Shown here: positions 23,786 to 35,499 of the stretch, piece after piece
How the letters are laid out: each line of letters begins with the position of its first letter
Numbering within the stretch: the first letter of the stretch is position 1
Assembly: GCA_964016885.1 (NCBI GenBank)
Contig: CAXHJY010001485.1
Coordinates: forward strand, 1-64,000
Reading direction: 5' to 3'
Source: Eledone cirrhosa
Taxonomy: Eukaryota
Length of the DNA: 64,000 bases
Translations under genes and position numbers: made by a program
Notes under the pieces: model-generated
The model's input: the letters and a program-made list of their open reading frames with translations, nothing else
What the model was told of the DNA's origin: nothing
Database searches by the model: none

Positions 23786-23978
23786 TATGTGTGTGTGTGT
23801 GTGTGTGTGTATGTGTACACACATATATATATATATACATGTGTGTGTGTGAGGTAGTTTTCTGTATAGTACGGGAGGTAAAGAAGATATCCAAGACTTG
23901 GCACTTCCGCCATAGTCTGTTCTGTGTTCCAGAGAATTCTTTGTTCCTCAAATATCTTTATATTTCCACCTTGTCTTA
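23448..23978. repeat. Large inverted repeat (fold-back) with a CA/TG/TA microsatellite core
   Basis: GAACAGATTATGGCGGAAGTGCCAAGTCTTGGATATC..AAAACTACCTCAC at ~23487-23560 is reverse-complemented at ~23849-23922; weaker complementarity extends outward. Confidence 0.9.
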
Positions 23979-24349
23979 TATAGGTGTGCAGGTATGGCTG
24001 ATTCGAATTTTACGTCGCAATCTTCAGGTCAACACGTGCACACCCACACTCACTCCCACACACAAACACACACCTCCCACCCATATGTATATATGATTAA
24101 ACATACATGTATATATGTCTCGTCTGAAAAATAGAGGTCTTGACCTTACTTGACCTTAAATCCCTCGGCAGATCAATATTGATCCAATATTGATTTGTAA
24201 AGAACTTTCACTATAAACACTGATTAAGATCATTGCTCATTAGCGTGATTGAACCTTCCTCATCGAATATCGTTAATACTTAATCTCTCATTCTCTCTAT
24301 CTCTATCTATCTCCCCCACTCTCTCCCTCTCCCTCCCCCTCTCTCTCTG

Positions 24350-24576
<227 letters not shown>

Positions 24577-24604
24577 ATATTTATATATATATATATACGC
24601 ACAC

Positions 24605-24669
<65 letters not shown>

Positions 24670-24706
24670 TCCCTTAATATATATAAGTATATGTATGTAT
24701 ATATAT

Positions 24707-24808
24707 TCGGATCTAGCTGTCGAAACGGCCGGAGCTCAGCCGTCGGGGTCCTGCATCTTATTGAGTATTCTGGTGGGTTATGGTCCACCTGGTTTTTACC
24801 ACACCCTA

Positions 24809-24812
<4 letters not shown>
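24707..24812 (+). mobile_element. Short TA-embedded element, family A (diverged copy)
   Basis: GTCGAAACGGC..GAGCTCAGCCGTCGGGGTC..ATTGAGTA..TTATGGTCCACCTGG shared with copies at 26352, 31858, 43748 and 61391. Confidence 0.8.
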
Positions 24813-24840
<28 letters not shown>

Positions 24841-24849
24841 TCGTGAGTG

Positions 24850-24965
24850 AATAACAATACTATTGTAATAATTGTTTCTACTTTTGGCACAAGGCCTGCG
24901 ATTTCCCCAGTGCATTACTGGTACGTTATTTTATCGACCCGGTAAGGATGAAAGGCAAAGTCACA
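24850..24965 (-). mobile_element. tRNA-type SINE 3' fragment
   Basis: TTTCTACTTTTGGCACAAGGCC..TTTTATCGACCC..GGATGAAAGGCAAAGTC (reverse SINE core and tail). Confidence 0.75.
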
Positions 24966-25116
24966 ATTAAAATATATTATTAATATTCGGTCTGTTTACA
25001 AGGAAGCACCACGTGATCCTGTTATTCCAGTGAAAGCTGAGAGAAAACAACAATAATGTTTCGGAGTTTTTTGCTCCTTATCAAGGTTGTGTATTCTCCT
25101 GTCTGCTAACCCCTGG

Positions 25117-25165
<49 letters not shown>

Positions 25166-25249
25166 TGTGCGTACATAAATAAAGTACCAGTCCAGAGCGT
25201 TGACAGTTTTATTAGAGTTGAACTGTGTGACGGGTGGAAATATGAGAAG

Positions 25250-25850
25250 ACCTCATGAAAGACTAACAGTTCTACCAATGCAATCCTTTCCACTGCTATC
25301 GACCACGAAACCATGACAACGGGATATGAACTTAGAGCTCCAAGTGCTGGAACAAATAACACAAAGCAATTTATCTGAAGCTCTACCGACTCTGACAATT
25401 CGCTGTCTATATTACAACAGTACAGACATTCGCTGGTGTAATACCATTAACAATAAGAAATGTATCCAAGTTTATACAATTCGATATTGTCGAGTTTTAT
25501 CCCTCTCAAAATCTCCATGAATTCGCTAATATATATAAAAATATAATTATATAGACATGATTATGTTTGTTAACAAACTATTCTTTGCCTATTATTCTCT
25601 CGGGTTAAAAAATGAAACACTATTGACATTAGTATCAAGACGTCTGATCGTGCAAAGAATTGCGATATCTTCGGTCGCTATATTCTTGATACACTCAAAT
25701 AAGAATTTACACCTGTAGATATCGGTTTATATAAAGATGTAACCCATCATGCCAATTGCCATACATTAGATCTACTAAATAAATCTTAACATCTGCAATA
25801 TTTTCAGCCTAAAAATAGCTACCACCATTACACTAAGTATTGAAAAATGT
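25250..25850 (+). pseudogene. Degraded Naiad-type Penelope-like RT fragment
   Basis: WCNTINNKK/KFIQFDIVEFYPS at ~25435-25505, IDISIKTSDRAKNCDIFGRYILDTL (cf. [22 protein letters not shown]) and DIGLYKD (cf. GLYRDDG). Confidence 0.7.
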
Positions 25851-26276
25851 AATAACAAGCAAAAGAACTAAATTAATGGGGCTAACTATACATTGAGAAA
25901 GGCAAACCCTGGCATTTGGAGAAATGTGTTACAATATTTGACATGAAGAAGAAGAGATGAAGTACATACAGAAATAAATTGTGTGTCATTCATGGCTGAA
26001 ATGAGCCCAGATTCAACAACCATGTTAAATTAACATCAGACAGCAGATGAGACATCCTCACCAGATGTCACCACCATGTCTAGAGAGTGACATGTTATAT
26101 AACTATCTGATCAATAGATCAATGCTTATCAATAGCAACCTTACTCTCTGTATTCCCCTCGTTAACACACCATCATGTCCCTCTTTTTATAGGCTTTGTC
26201 ATAAACCATCAATTCCTGTCGGTAACTCACTATATCATACAATAACATATTATACATATATAACGCACACACACAC

Positions 26277-26351
<75 letters not shown>

Positions 26352-26356
<5 letters not shown>

Positions 26357-26536
26357 CAAAGGAATTGTGGTAAGGAACCAGATGGACCATAACGCACCAG
26401 AGTACTCAATACTTAGGGTAGTAGAGTGGGAAATAGGAAAAAGTATGACCCCGACGGCAGAGCTCAAGCCGTTTCGACGGCTGTTTCTGGTGCGTTATGG
26501 TCCATCTGGTTCCTTACCACAATTCCTTTGTTATAT
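26352..26536 (-). mobile_element. Family A element with ~50-bp perfect terminal inverted repeats
   Basis: TATAACAAAGGAATTGTGGTAAGGAACCAGATGGACCATAACGCACCAGA (26352-26401) is reverse-complemented at ~26486-26535; flanked by TA. Confidence 0.85.
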
Positions 26537-26584
26537 ATAGTGACGAAACATAAGTCAATTGCATGAACTCATAATCCTTTATTT

Positions 26585-26640
26585 ACTGCTATATATATTT
26601 CGATGTAAGCCATTGAATGGCTATGACCTCATCAGGCAGT
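26585..26640 (-). ncRNA. Minimal type I hammerhead ribozyme candidate, family E (element ~26540-26703)
   Basis: Reverse strand: ACTGC-CTGATGA-GGTCAT-AGCCATtcaATGGCT-TACATC-GAAA-TATATATA-GCAGT. Near-identical to 30848-30903. Confidence 0.75.
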
Positions 26641-26699
26641 TAGTCAGTTCTTAGATATGCCAGCTCTGTGTGTATAGTGTTGATGGTATCAGAGCCTTG

Positions 26700-26742
<43 letters not shown>

Positions 26743-26787
26743 TTGCAAGGTTTTTGATATGAAATCGTGTGTCGAAACAAATATTGT

Positions 26788-27052
26788 TATACTTGGGAGG
26801 GTCATATTGTAATAATATTACCAGAAATAATAACAGAAAACACTCACTGTTTGGTTGGGTTTCGCTTCTGTATCTTTTATATCACTATAGTTAATTTATT
26901 TGGCAATCAATGTTTATCATTGACTGACCAACGGTAAAAATGAAATTAACTATGGAGATATAAAAGATACAGAAGCGAAAACCAGCCAAACAGTGAGTGT
27001 TTTCTGTTATTATTTCTGGCAATATTATTACTATATGACCCTCCCCAAGTAT

Positions 27053-27055
<3 letters not shown>
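26788..27055. repeat. Inverted-repeat element (family D), ~110-bp arms, between TA tracts
   Basis: ATACTTGGGAGGGTCATAT..AGTTAATTT is reverse-complemented at ~26943-27053. Confidence 0.85.
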
Positions 27056-27088
<33 letters not shown>

Positions 27089-27134
27089 AAATGAAAATCC
27101 GAAGGCAAGGTAAAATTCCAATCATAATGCACCT

Positions 27135-27185
<51 letters not shown>

Positions 27186-27190
<5 letters not shown>

Positions 27191-27990
27191 GACGTAAAAT
27201 AAGAAAATTATAATAATTAACTTACTTACTTAAGTCTTTTTAACACCCCCACTCCTCACTGATTAACCTCGATGTCACGTGATTGATTCTTTTGAATTTG
27301 CCACTGACCGGGAAGGTAGTGAAATTTTCAGTGTCTTGAAATTTAGTCCGCGCTTGCTTCTTTTCCATTCACTGAATTATTTTTGTTTGAGATCCCTGTG
27401 TCCGCCTATCGCCAGGGATCTTAGCAGAGAATTGACTCCCTTCCCGGTCAGTCGAAAATTACTTGTTTCAGGGAGTGTTATGCACATAAAAGTCAACTTT
27501 TTGATCCCCTAGGGCCCGCATTAGGTGAAAAACTGTGTTTTTTCAGGTTTTTAGGGGTTTTTGAGGCGTTACGTCAGACCGATTTCCTTGGAATTGTAAC
27601 TATGTATTAGTCAGTCTCTTCCTCATACCGTGAGCAAAGAAAATCCAACTTTTTTACGGCCTAGGGCCCGCATTAGGTGAAAAACTTCATTTTTTTCAGC
27701 TTTTTAGGGCTTTTTTGAGGCGTTACGTCTAGCCGATATTCCCGAAATTTCAAGGCATATTATGCACATCAAAAAAATTCATTTTCTTGATCCCCTAGGG
27801 CCCGCATTAGGTGAAAACCTGCAATTTTCCTGCTTCATCGAGTAAAATCTTAAAGATTATCCAGCCATCAGAGTATTTGGTTTATTTTCTTTACATATTG
27901 TCCAAGCATGCAGTTTTTCCACGATTAGGTCTGTTGGCGGCCCGCGTTCCAAAATACCTTATCCCGTGCAACGCCGAGTACCACTGCTAG
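27186..27990 (+). mobile_element. Non-autonomous Helitron-like element with three ~145-bp internal tandem units
   Basis: 3' end CCCGTGCAACGCCGAG hairpin followed by CTAG|T. CCTAGGGCCCGCATTAGGTGAAAA occurs at ~27508, 27660 and 27794. The 5' end is lost in the TA tract. Confidence 0.6.
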
Positions 27991-28219
27991 TATATCATAA
28001 AATGGAGAATTGCGGATGTGATAGCTAGTGCCAGTGTATGATAAACGATATCTATATCCCCACCCCTCAACATAAAGAAAGACTCTCAGAATTTAAACTA
28101 TTTTATTTAAAACATATCCCCCCCCCCCCCCATTAGTTTCCTTACATTTATAAGATCACTGCAACTTCCTTTATAGACTTCCTTGAAGAATGTTTTACAT
28201 GAATATTATCAAAGACTTA

Positions 28220-28370
28220 AGGGGCTTCCAAACAGTTTCTGACCACTCAGTTTCACTTACAAGGTCGACTCGAAGCATTGGTAAATAATATTGGCCCAAC
28301 ATAGCACGTATTAGGATCGAACCCTGACCTTAATGATTGCGGGGTGAACCTCTTAACCATTAACTCACTC
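28220..28370 (-). mobile_element. Degraded tRNA-headed SINE
   Basis: Reverse strand TGGTTAAGAGG..GGTTCGATCC box A/B pair. Confidence 0.5.
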
Positions 28371-29070
28371 CACAAGTCTATAACATATATCTATATTATT
28401 ATAAATGTGTTTTCATGTCTGTGTACATATGCGTGCTCGTGTGTGCACGTGTGAATGTGTGCAAGGGCGTGTGCTTCTCTCTATATATGTATGTATAAGT
28501 TATACTTTTTATCTATGTGCTTGTGTATACACACGTGTGTGTTTGTATTTGTCTCTGTGATTGTATTTATGTTTGTGTATTAGTGTGTACTGTTGTATAT
28601 TGTTTGTGCACTGTTTACATAAGCGTCTTCCATGTGCACATATCTGCACTTCCTGTGAGGATTGTGTTCAGCCATTCACCTGTAATGATGTCCACAACCA
28701 ATAAGAGCAGCTGCATTTCTTAATTTACATACGTCAACATTTTCAGAATCGTTTAAGCCACTCTAATGTTGAGTGTTGAAATAACTGAGGCTTGTTACTA
28801 ACCAAACTATAGATTCAACAAACATCTGAGCTAAAGATCAGATGTGAAGTTTGTACAAATAATAGGGTGTGTGTGTGTGTGGGGGGGGGATCGGTAAGTT
28901 TTCTAGGTTGCCTCCGTCGACATTTAAAAAAAAAATGAAATGTGTAAGAAATACTTATTTTGTAATGGAAAGTTACACACACACATACATACATATACAT
29001 ACATATACATATATACATACATATACATACATATACATACATATACATACATACATACATATACATACAT

Positions 29071-29152
<82 letters not shown>

Positions 29153-29157
<5 letters not shown>

Positions 29158-29506
29158 ATATTAACAAATGGAAACTATATTTATAAAACCATATTTATTT
29201 TATTATACATATTTCAAGGCCCACCAAGGCAAATTATGGTGCGCTTTTATCAGATAAAATATAATATAGATTAGTTTTATAAATAAATATTGACATACCC
29301 TGAAAAAAGACAACATTAACGGTTGGAGCTTCCTGGATAGTGGTGGCCCTTGAAATATGTATAATGAAATAAATATGGTTTTATAAATATAGTTTCCATT
29401 TGTTAATATATTGTATATTTACTCCACTAAATTGTTGAGTGCTTTATATCAGTTATAAAACATTTTAAGCTTGTTGAATCCCAACAAATTAAATATAACC
29501 TCTGCA
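29153..29506 (+). mobile_element. Family C TA-embedded element: inverted segment (29153-29340) plus direct 3' segment
   Basis: 29153-29220 is the reverse complement of ~29347-29415. The inverted part carries a hammerhead with a CTGATAA (G8A) core. Homologous to 32393-32627. Confidence 0.85.
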
Positions 29507-29512
29507 TATATG

Positions 29513-29552
<40 letters not shown>

Positions 29553-29774
29553 ATTGTTATGGGATGCTTAATTCGTCGCACCACTGATTCTCCGTTTCTT
29601 ATGTGATGATATATATATCCTAGGGGTTTGGGTTGTGTATATAGTATGATAGACAAGGAGAAACATCAGCTAGGTTGACACTGTGAGAGAGTAGAGGAGC
29701 TTAAGACCATCATGGTGGTGGTGGAGAATGGAATGGACGAGTGGAATCAGTGGAGCGTCACTCTAGACGACCGA

Positions 29775-30295
<521 letters not shown>

Positions 30296-30390
30296 CTGGG
30301 TGTCCCAAAAATGTATACACACTTTACCTGTACAGGCAATATTTATTAGAATATTGTTGAAGTATGCATACATTGTTTTGGGACAGCCTG
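30296..30390. mobile_element. Tc1/mariner-type MITE
   Basis: TA|CTGGGTGTCCCAAAA..TTTTGGGACAGCCTG|TA: imperfect TIRs and TA target duplication. Confidence 0.7.
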
Positions 30391-30847
30391 TATATTCCTA
30401 ATCAGCCTCTGAAGTTTCCAGCCAGGATACTCCGAGTTCCTGTAGACACATATATTATGTTTACCTTAGACACATCATCTCAGGTATTTTCTGTGACATT
30501 ACTTTGATAAAGATACTGAATCAGAATGTGTTACCCAGCTTAAAACTACAACATGACTTTTAGGGGCTTTATCAGGATAGGTCTCCTGTCTTGAGGATAT
30601 CTTTCTACTTCTCTCTGTCTCGGAGAACCCTGAAGAGGGTCGTGGGGCTGCCCTTCCCCTCCATCTCATTAAACAGAAAAATTATAAACAAAAAATGCAA
30701 CTACCACTTATAATATCAATAATAAGAACCGACACCACCAACAACAACAAAAGGAGGTCCACCACCACCACCACCACCATTACCACCACCACTACTACTA
30801 CTACCACCACCACTACCACTACTACCACCACCACCACCACCACCACC

Positions 30848-30903
30848 ACTGCCTGATGAGGTCATAGCCATTCAATGGCTATCATCGAAATATATATAGC
30901 AGT
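30848..30903 (+). ncRNA. Minimal type I hammerhead ribozyme candidate, family E (element runs to ~30950)
   Basis: ACTGC-CTGATGA-GGT-C-ATAGCCATtcaATGGCTAT-C-ATC-GAAA-T-ATAT-ATA-GCAGT: 5-bp stem I, long stem II, palindromic ATAT loop, AUA cleavage triplet. Confidence 0.8.
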
Positions 30904-30958
30904 AAATAAAGGATTATGAGTTCATGCAATTGACTTATGTTTCGTCACCATATATATA

Positions 30959-31019
<61 letters not shown>

Positions 31020-31140
31020 TATCTCCTCCGAATGAAACAGTTCTAGTCCTGTAGAAGCCATTTCTATATTAAACATTTATACTCTGCTATTTATTGAGTA
31101 CCTTACTGTGGTTACCTGTGACTGAACCGGGGATAAACAT
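31020..31140 (+). mobile_element. Family B TA-embedded element
   Basis: GAATGAAACAGTTCTAGTCCTGTAGAA..ATTGAGTACCTTACTGTGGTTACC. Confidence 0.75.
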
Positions 31141-31857
31141 ATATGTGTGTAGCAATCAATACATGATATTGAAATGGTAATTGGAAGTCTATCAACAGTG
31201 TAACTTATTTCTACTTTACCAGAGGTTTAGCCTACACACGTCCAGATTCCTACACACCTGTATCAGGTAATAACTGTGATGTATGTTTACCTGTATTCCT
31301 CTCTATGTATCAATGAGTTTCTGTTGCTATGGATGTCTATCAGGTAATGTGATATATCTATACAGGTATACGATACACCTGAGCATGGCTGTGTTAGGTA
31401 TAGTGTGTGTGTGTGCGTGTATGTACGTGTGTATATATGTATGTGGGTGTATATACATGTGTGTGTGCTTTGCGCATGGGTGAGTGTTGAGTGAGTGTGT
31501 GTGTGTGTATGTATATTTATATGTATGCATATCTGCGTGTGTGTATGTGCATATACGTATGTGTGTGTGTGCATGTGAGAATGTGGTAGGTGCAACACGT
31601 CTTTATAACACATCTATGTAATACAGGTGTGTTAAGGCAGGTTAGACCTACCGGTGATACAGGTAAATAGTTGGGGCAGAGGGATGTGGGTAGAGGGGCG
31701 GGAGGTAATATGGTGAGTGGGAGAATTGGTGAAGGGGTATGACTGGGATGTGTCGGAGAGGGGTCTCCTGTGAGAACGGGACCAGAGTTCTTAAATACTC
31801 AGGCAGACTACATACGCACACATATACATATATACATAAATACACACACACACATAT

Positions 31858-32068
31858 AGTAAGGAACCAGGTGGACCATAACGCACCAAAGTACTCAATA
31901 CTTAGGGTAGTAGTGTGGGTAATAGGAACGAGTAGGACCCCGACGGCAGAGCTCAAGCCGTTTCGACGGCTAATTCTGGACAGAATTAGCCGTTTCGACG
32001 GCTAATTCTGAACAGAATTAGCCGTCGAATCGGCTTGAGCTCAGCCGTCGGGATCCTACTCGTTCCTA
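31858..32068 (-). mobile_element. Family A element with a doubled fold-back hairpin
   Basis: CGGCTAATTCTGGACAGAATTAGCCG occurs twice (second copy one mismatch), followed by an inverted copy GGCTTGAGCTCAGCCGTCGGGATCCTACTCGTTCCTAT. Confidence 0.85.
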
Positions 32069-32286
32069 TATATATATATATATATATTATTTGTTTGACC
32101 CGAATTACTTGGTCGTTTCTATGGCTGTGCGGATAATGGTTTAACCATCGTCTCAGTGTGTTTGGCCTTTTAACTTATCTTGTAAGCTCTAGTTCACTAG
32201 CTTCTATGGAGCGCTTGCCACACATCTCGGAAGTTGTTTTTCGCTAATTTCCAATAGCCGAAATCCGATTCTCGCTAATTTATATT

Positions 32287-32321
<35 letters not shown>

Positions 32322-32392
32322 ATATATGCACACATACACATATATATATATTTATATATATATACATACATACACACACACATATACACATA

Positions 32393-32627
32393 TATGCAGA
32401 GGTTATATTTAATTTGTTGGGATTCAACAAGCTTAAAAAATGACTATCCAGGAAGCTCCAACCGTTAAGGTTGTCTTTTTTTCCGGGTATGTCAATATTT
32501 ATTTATAAAACAAATCTGTATTTTATCTGATGAAAGCGCACCATAATTTGCCTTGGTTGCCCTTGAAATATATATAATAAAATAAATATGGTTTTATAAA
32601 TATAGTTTCCATTTATTAATATATTGT
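32393..32627 (+). mobile_element. Family C element preceded by an inverted copy of its own 3' terminus
   Basis: 32395-32438 is the reverse complement of 29463-29506; the remainder matches the reverse of 29153-29340. Confidence 0.85.
32520..32583 (+). ncRNA. Minimal type I hammerhead ribozyme candidate, family C
   Basis: ATTTTAT-CTGATGA-AAGCGCACCA..TGGTTGCCCTT-GAAA-T-ATAT-ATA-ATAAAAT: 7-bp stem I, intact core, AUA triplet. Confidence 0.8.
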
Positions 32628-32725
32628 ATATATATATATATATATACATACACACATATATATATACATACATACACACACATATATATATGTATATATA
32701 CATACACACACACATATATATCCAT

Positions 32726-32756
<31 letters not shown>

Positions 32757-33209
32757 CATGCATACACATACACACACACACGTATTGTATGTGAGTCAGT
32801 GAATTACTGGTGGTGGAACCTAAATACACTCAATACACAGGTACAGTGTATATATTAAGAATATTGCATGTATTCAGTGTTTTTTAATGTGTTACGCGTG
32901 TTTCGCAGAAGATTGGCTCAGTCTCTCTCTCTCTTTGTGTCTGTGTGTCTGTGTGTATGTAGTTACCATACATTCATCTAGAATTGGTCACTTTGGACAT
33001 TTCTTACCACCCCCTGCCCCCTTTTACCCTCTTTTGAAATATATTTCTGTTAACTCTAATTACTTTTATTCCTCACATTTACAACTCAACTGATTAAATG
33101 TTATTTTTGGCCAATCACTTTATATACACTTAACTGTGTAGTGTTCATGCCGAAGACAGCCCTCAGAAATGTACCAGCGTCCTTATTTGAATTTGTCAAG
33201 ACTATAGAT

Positions 33210-33457
33210 CAGTGTTTCTCAACCGGTGTCCCGCAAGAGGTCGCTAGGGGTTTATTAATCAGTACAACATCTCAGTATAGATCAGCCTTTCTCAACCGGT
33301 GTACCCCGGAACCATAAGGTTCCGCCAGAAACACTGATAAATAATCTAACACGTTTTAATATTAATAATGGTATATAATAATTTTTATGCATGGGTTCCC
33401 TGAGACATGGAAACTATTTCAAGGGTCCCGCAAGGGTAAAAAGGTTGAGAAACGATG
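33210..33457. mobile_element. hAT (Charlie-like) MITE with a duplicated left end
   Basis: CAGTGTTTCTCAACC (33210; CAGCCTTTCTCAACC again at 33283) and GGTTGAGAAACGATG termini; flanks CTATAGAT and CTATATAC. Confidence 0.65.
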
Positions 33458-33613
33458 CTATATACATTAGTCGCTCTCTGTGAGTGAAAATTACTTCGCA
33501 GAAGAGGACAAATGAGACCGAAATATGTCAGAAGTTGTCACAGTGGGTGTCAAAAACCAGATTCTGTCACAACCCAGAATATGTTCAGGTGAAATTAAGA
33601 GTTATCTCTAGAC

Positions 33614-33654
33614 CTGGCAGTGCCCATCCCTCTCCAGTCCAGGTGGGAACACAA
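33614..33654 (-). other. Candidate small host-gene exon
   Basis: Strong (CT)n..TCTCTCAG acceptor and weak CAG|GTCTAG donor; open when joined to the candidates at 39497 and 35355. Confidence 0.2.
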
Positions 33655-33663
33655 CTGAGAGAG

Positions 33664-33715
<52 letters not shown>

Positions 33716-33964
33716 AAGAATCGACCCCTGAAATTAATCGATCTCGTACAGACCCCCCACAATATTGGAAAGAATTTAATTCTAATCAACTTTGTAAAGA
33801 TTCTTGTCGATATGTATCTATTAATCGCTCTACTTTCTACTGTAGAGACAGACACAAATTAATGAGAGGGAGAGAGAGAGAGAGGAGAGGGAGAGAGGGG
33901 AAGTAAGAAGGCGAGAGAGACAAAAAACAGAAGACATATATAGTCAGGCAGACAGATCTCATAG

Positions 33965-34340
33965 GTAGATAGATAGATAGTTAACTAGGTATATATAGAG
34001 AGAGTGAGAGAGAGGAGGAGTGAGAGAGTGAGAGAGAGGGGGAGTGAGAGAGAGATAGATAACTAGCTAGGTATATATAGAGAGTGAGAGAGAGGGGGAG
34101 TGAGGGAGATAGATAACTAGCTAGGTATATATAGAGAGAGTGAGAGAGAGGAGGAATGAGAGAGATAGATAATTAGCTAGGTATATATAGAGGAGGAGTG
34201 AGAGAGATAGATAACTAGCTAGGTATATATAGAGGAGGAGTGAGAGAGATAGATAACTAGCTAGGTAAATATATAGAGTGAGAGAGAGGGGGAGTGAGAG
34301 AGAGTTAACTAGCTAGGTATATATAGAGTGAGAGAGAGTT
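33965..34340. repeat. Degenerate ~40-55-bp GA-rich minisatellite
   Basis: Repeated GAGAGATAGATAACTAGCTAGGTATATATAG. Confidence 0.85.
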
Positions 34341-34456
34341 CGATTGCTAAAAAGAGAGGAGTCGGAGGAGGAGGTATGTGAGAGAGTTGGAGGTTAAAGA
34401 GATTCTTGTTTGATCCTCCTCATATTATACAGGAAGTGACTTATTACTAACATGCA

Positions 34457-35105
<649 letters not shown>

Positions 35106-35158
35106 ACAGTGGTATTTCAGATGTGTTTATACACTACATACACCTATGTACACACACC

Positions 35159-35232
35159 CAGTTGCACCCATAGCCAATCACACACACACACACACACGTG
35201 TGTGTGTGTGTGATTGGCTATGGGTGCAACTG
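35159..35232. repeat. Palindrome centred on a (CA)n|(GT)n junction
   Basis: CAGTTGCACCCATAGCCAATCA(CA)n-(GT)nGATTGGCTATGGGTGCAACTG. Confidence 0.9.
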
Positions 35233-35354
35233 TTCGCACATCTAGACACACATACACCCCCACACATGCACCCCACCACACACACGTACCCCCCATCCTC
35301 ACACATGTACCCCCCCTCCCCACCCTCATCCTACCCTGTGTAAAAGTAGGTTAC

Positions 35355-35399
35355 CAGACACAGCCGAGTAGCGAGTCGGAATACAGAGCATTCTCTCTG
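35355..35399 (-). other. Candidate small host-gene exon
   Basis: CATCAG| acceptor and G|GTAACC donor; one frame reads AERMLCIPTRYSAVS. Confidence 0.25.
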
Positions 35400-35499
35400 C
35401 TGATGTAGTAGTAGTAGTAGTAGTGGTAATAGTAGTAGTAGAAGTAGTTTTTATTGTTGTAGTAGGGGCGGTATTGTTGGTGGTATCATTACTGATGGT

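Noticed and set aside
26162-26467. Recurrent small ORF MSSAVGV..WFLTT (also at 31648, 43838, 61213) as a peptide gene family
   Set aside because: It starts at TTG, runs into microsatellite, and recurs simply because family A is repeated.
30626-30655. Hammerhead at CTGAAGA-GGG..CCC
   Set aside because: No GAAA box follows; at most a decayed relic.
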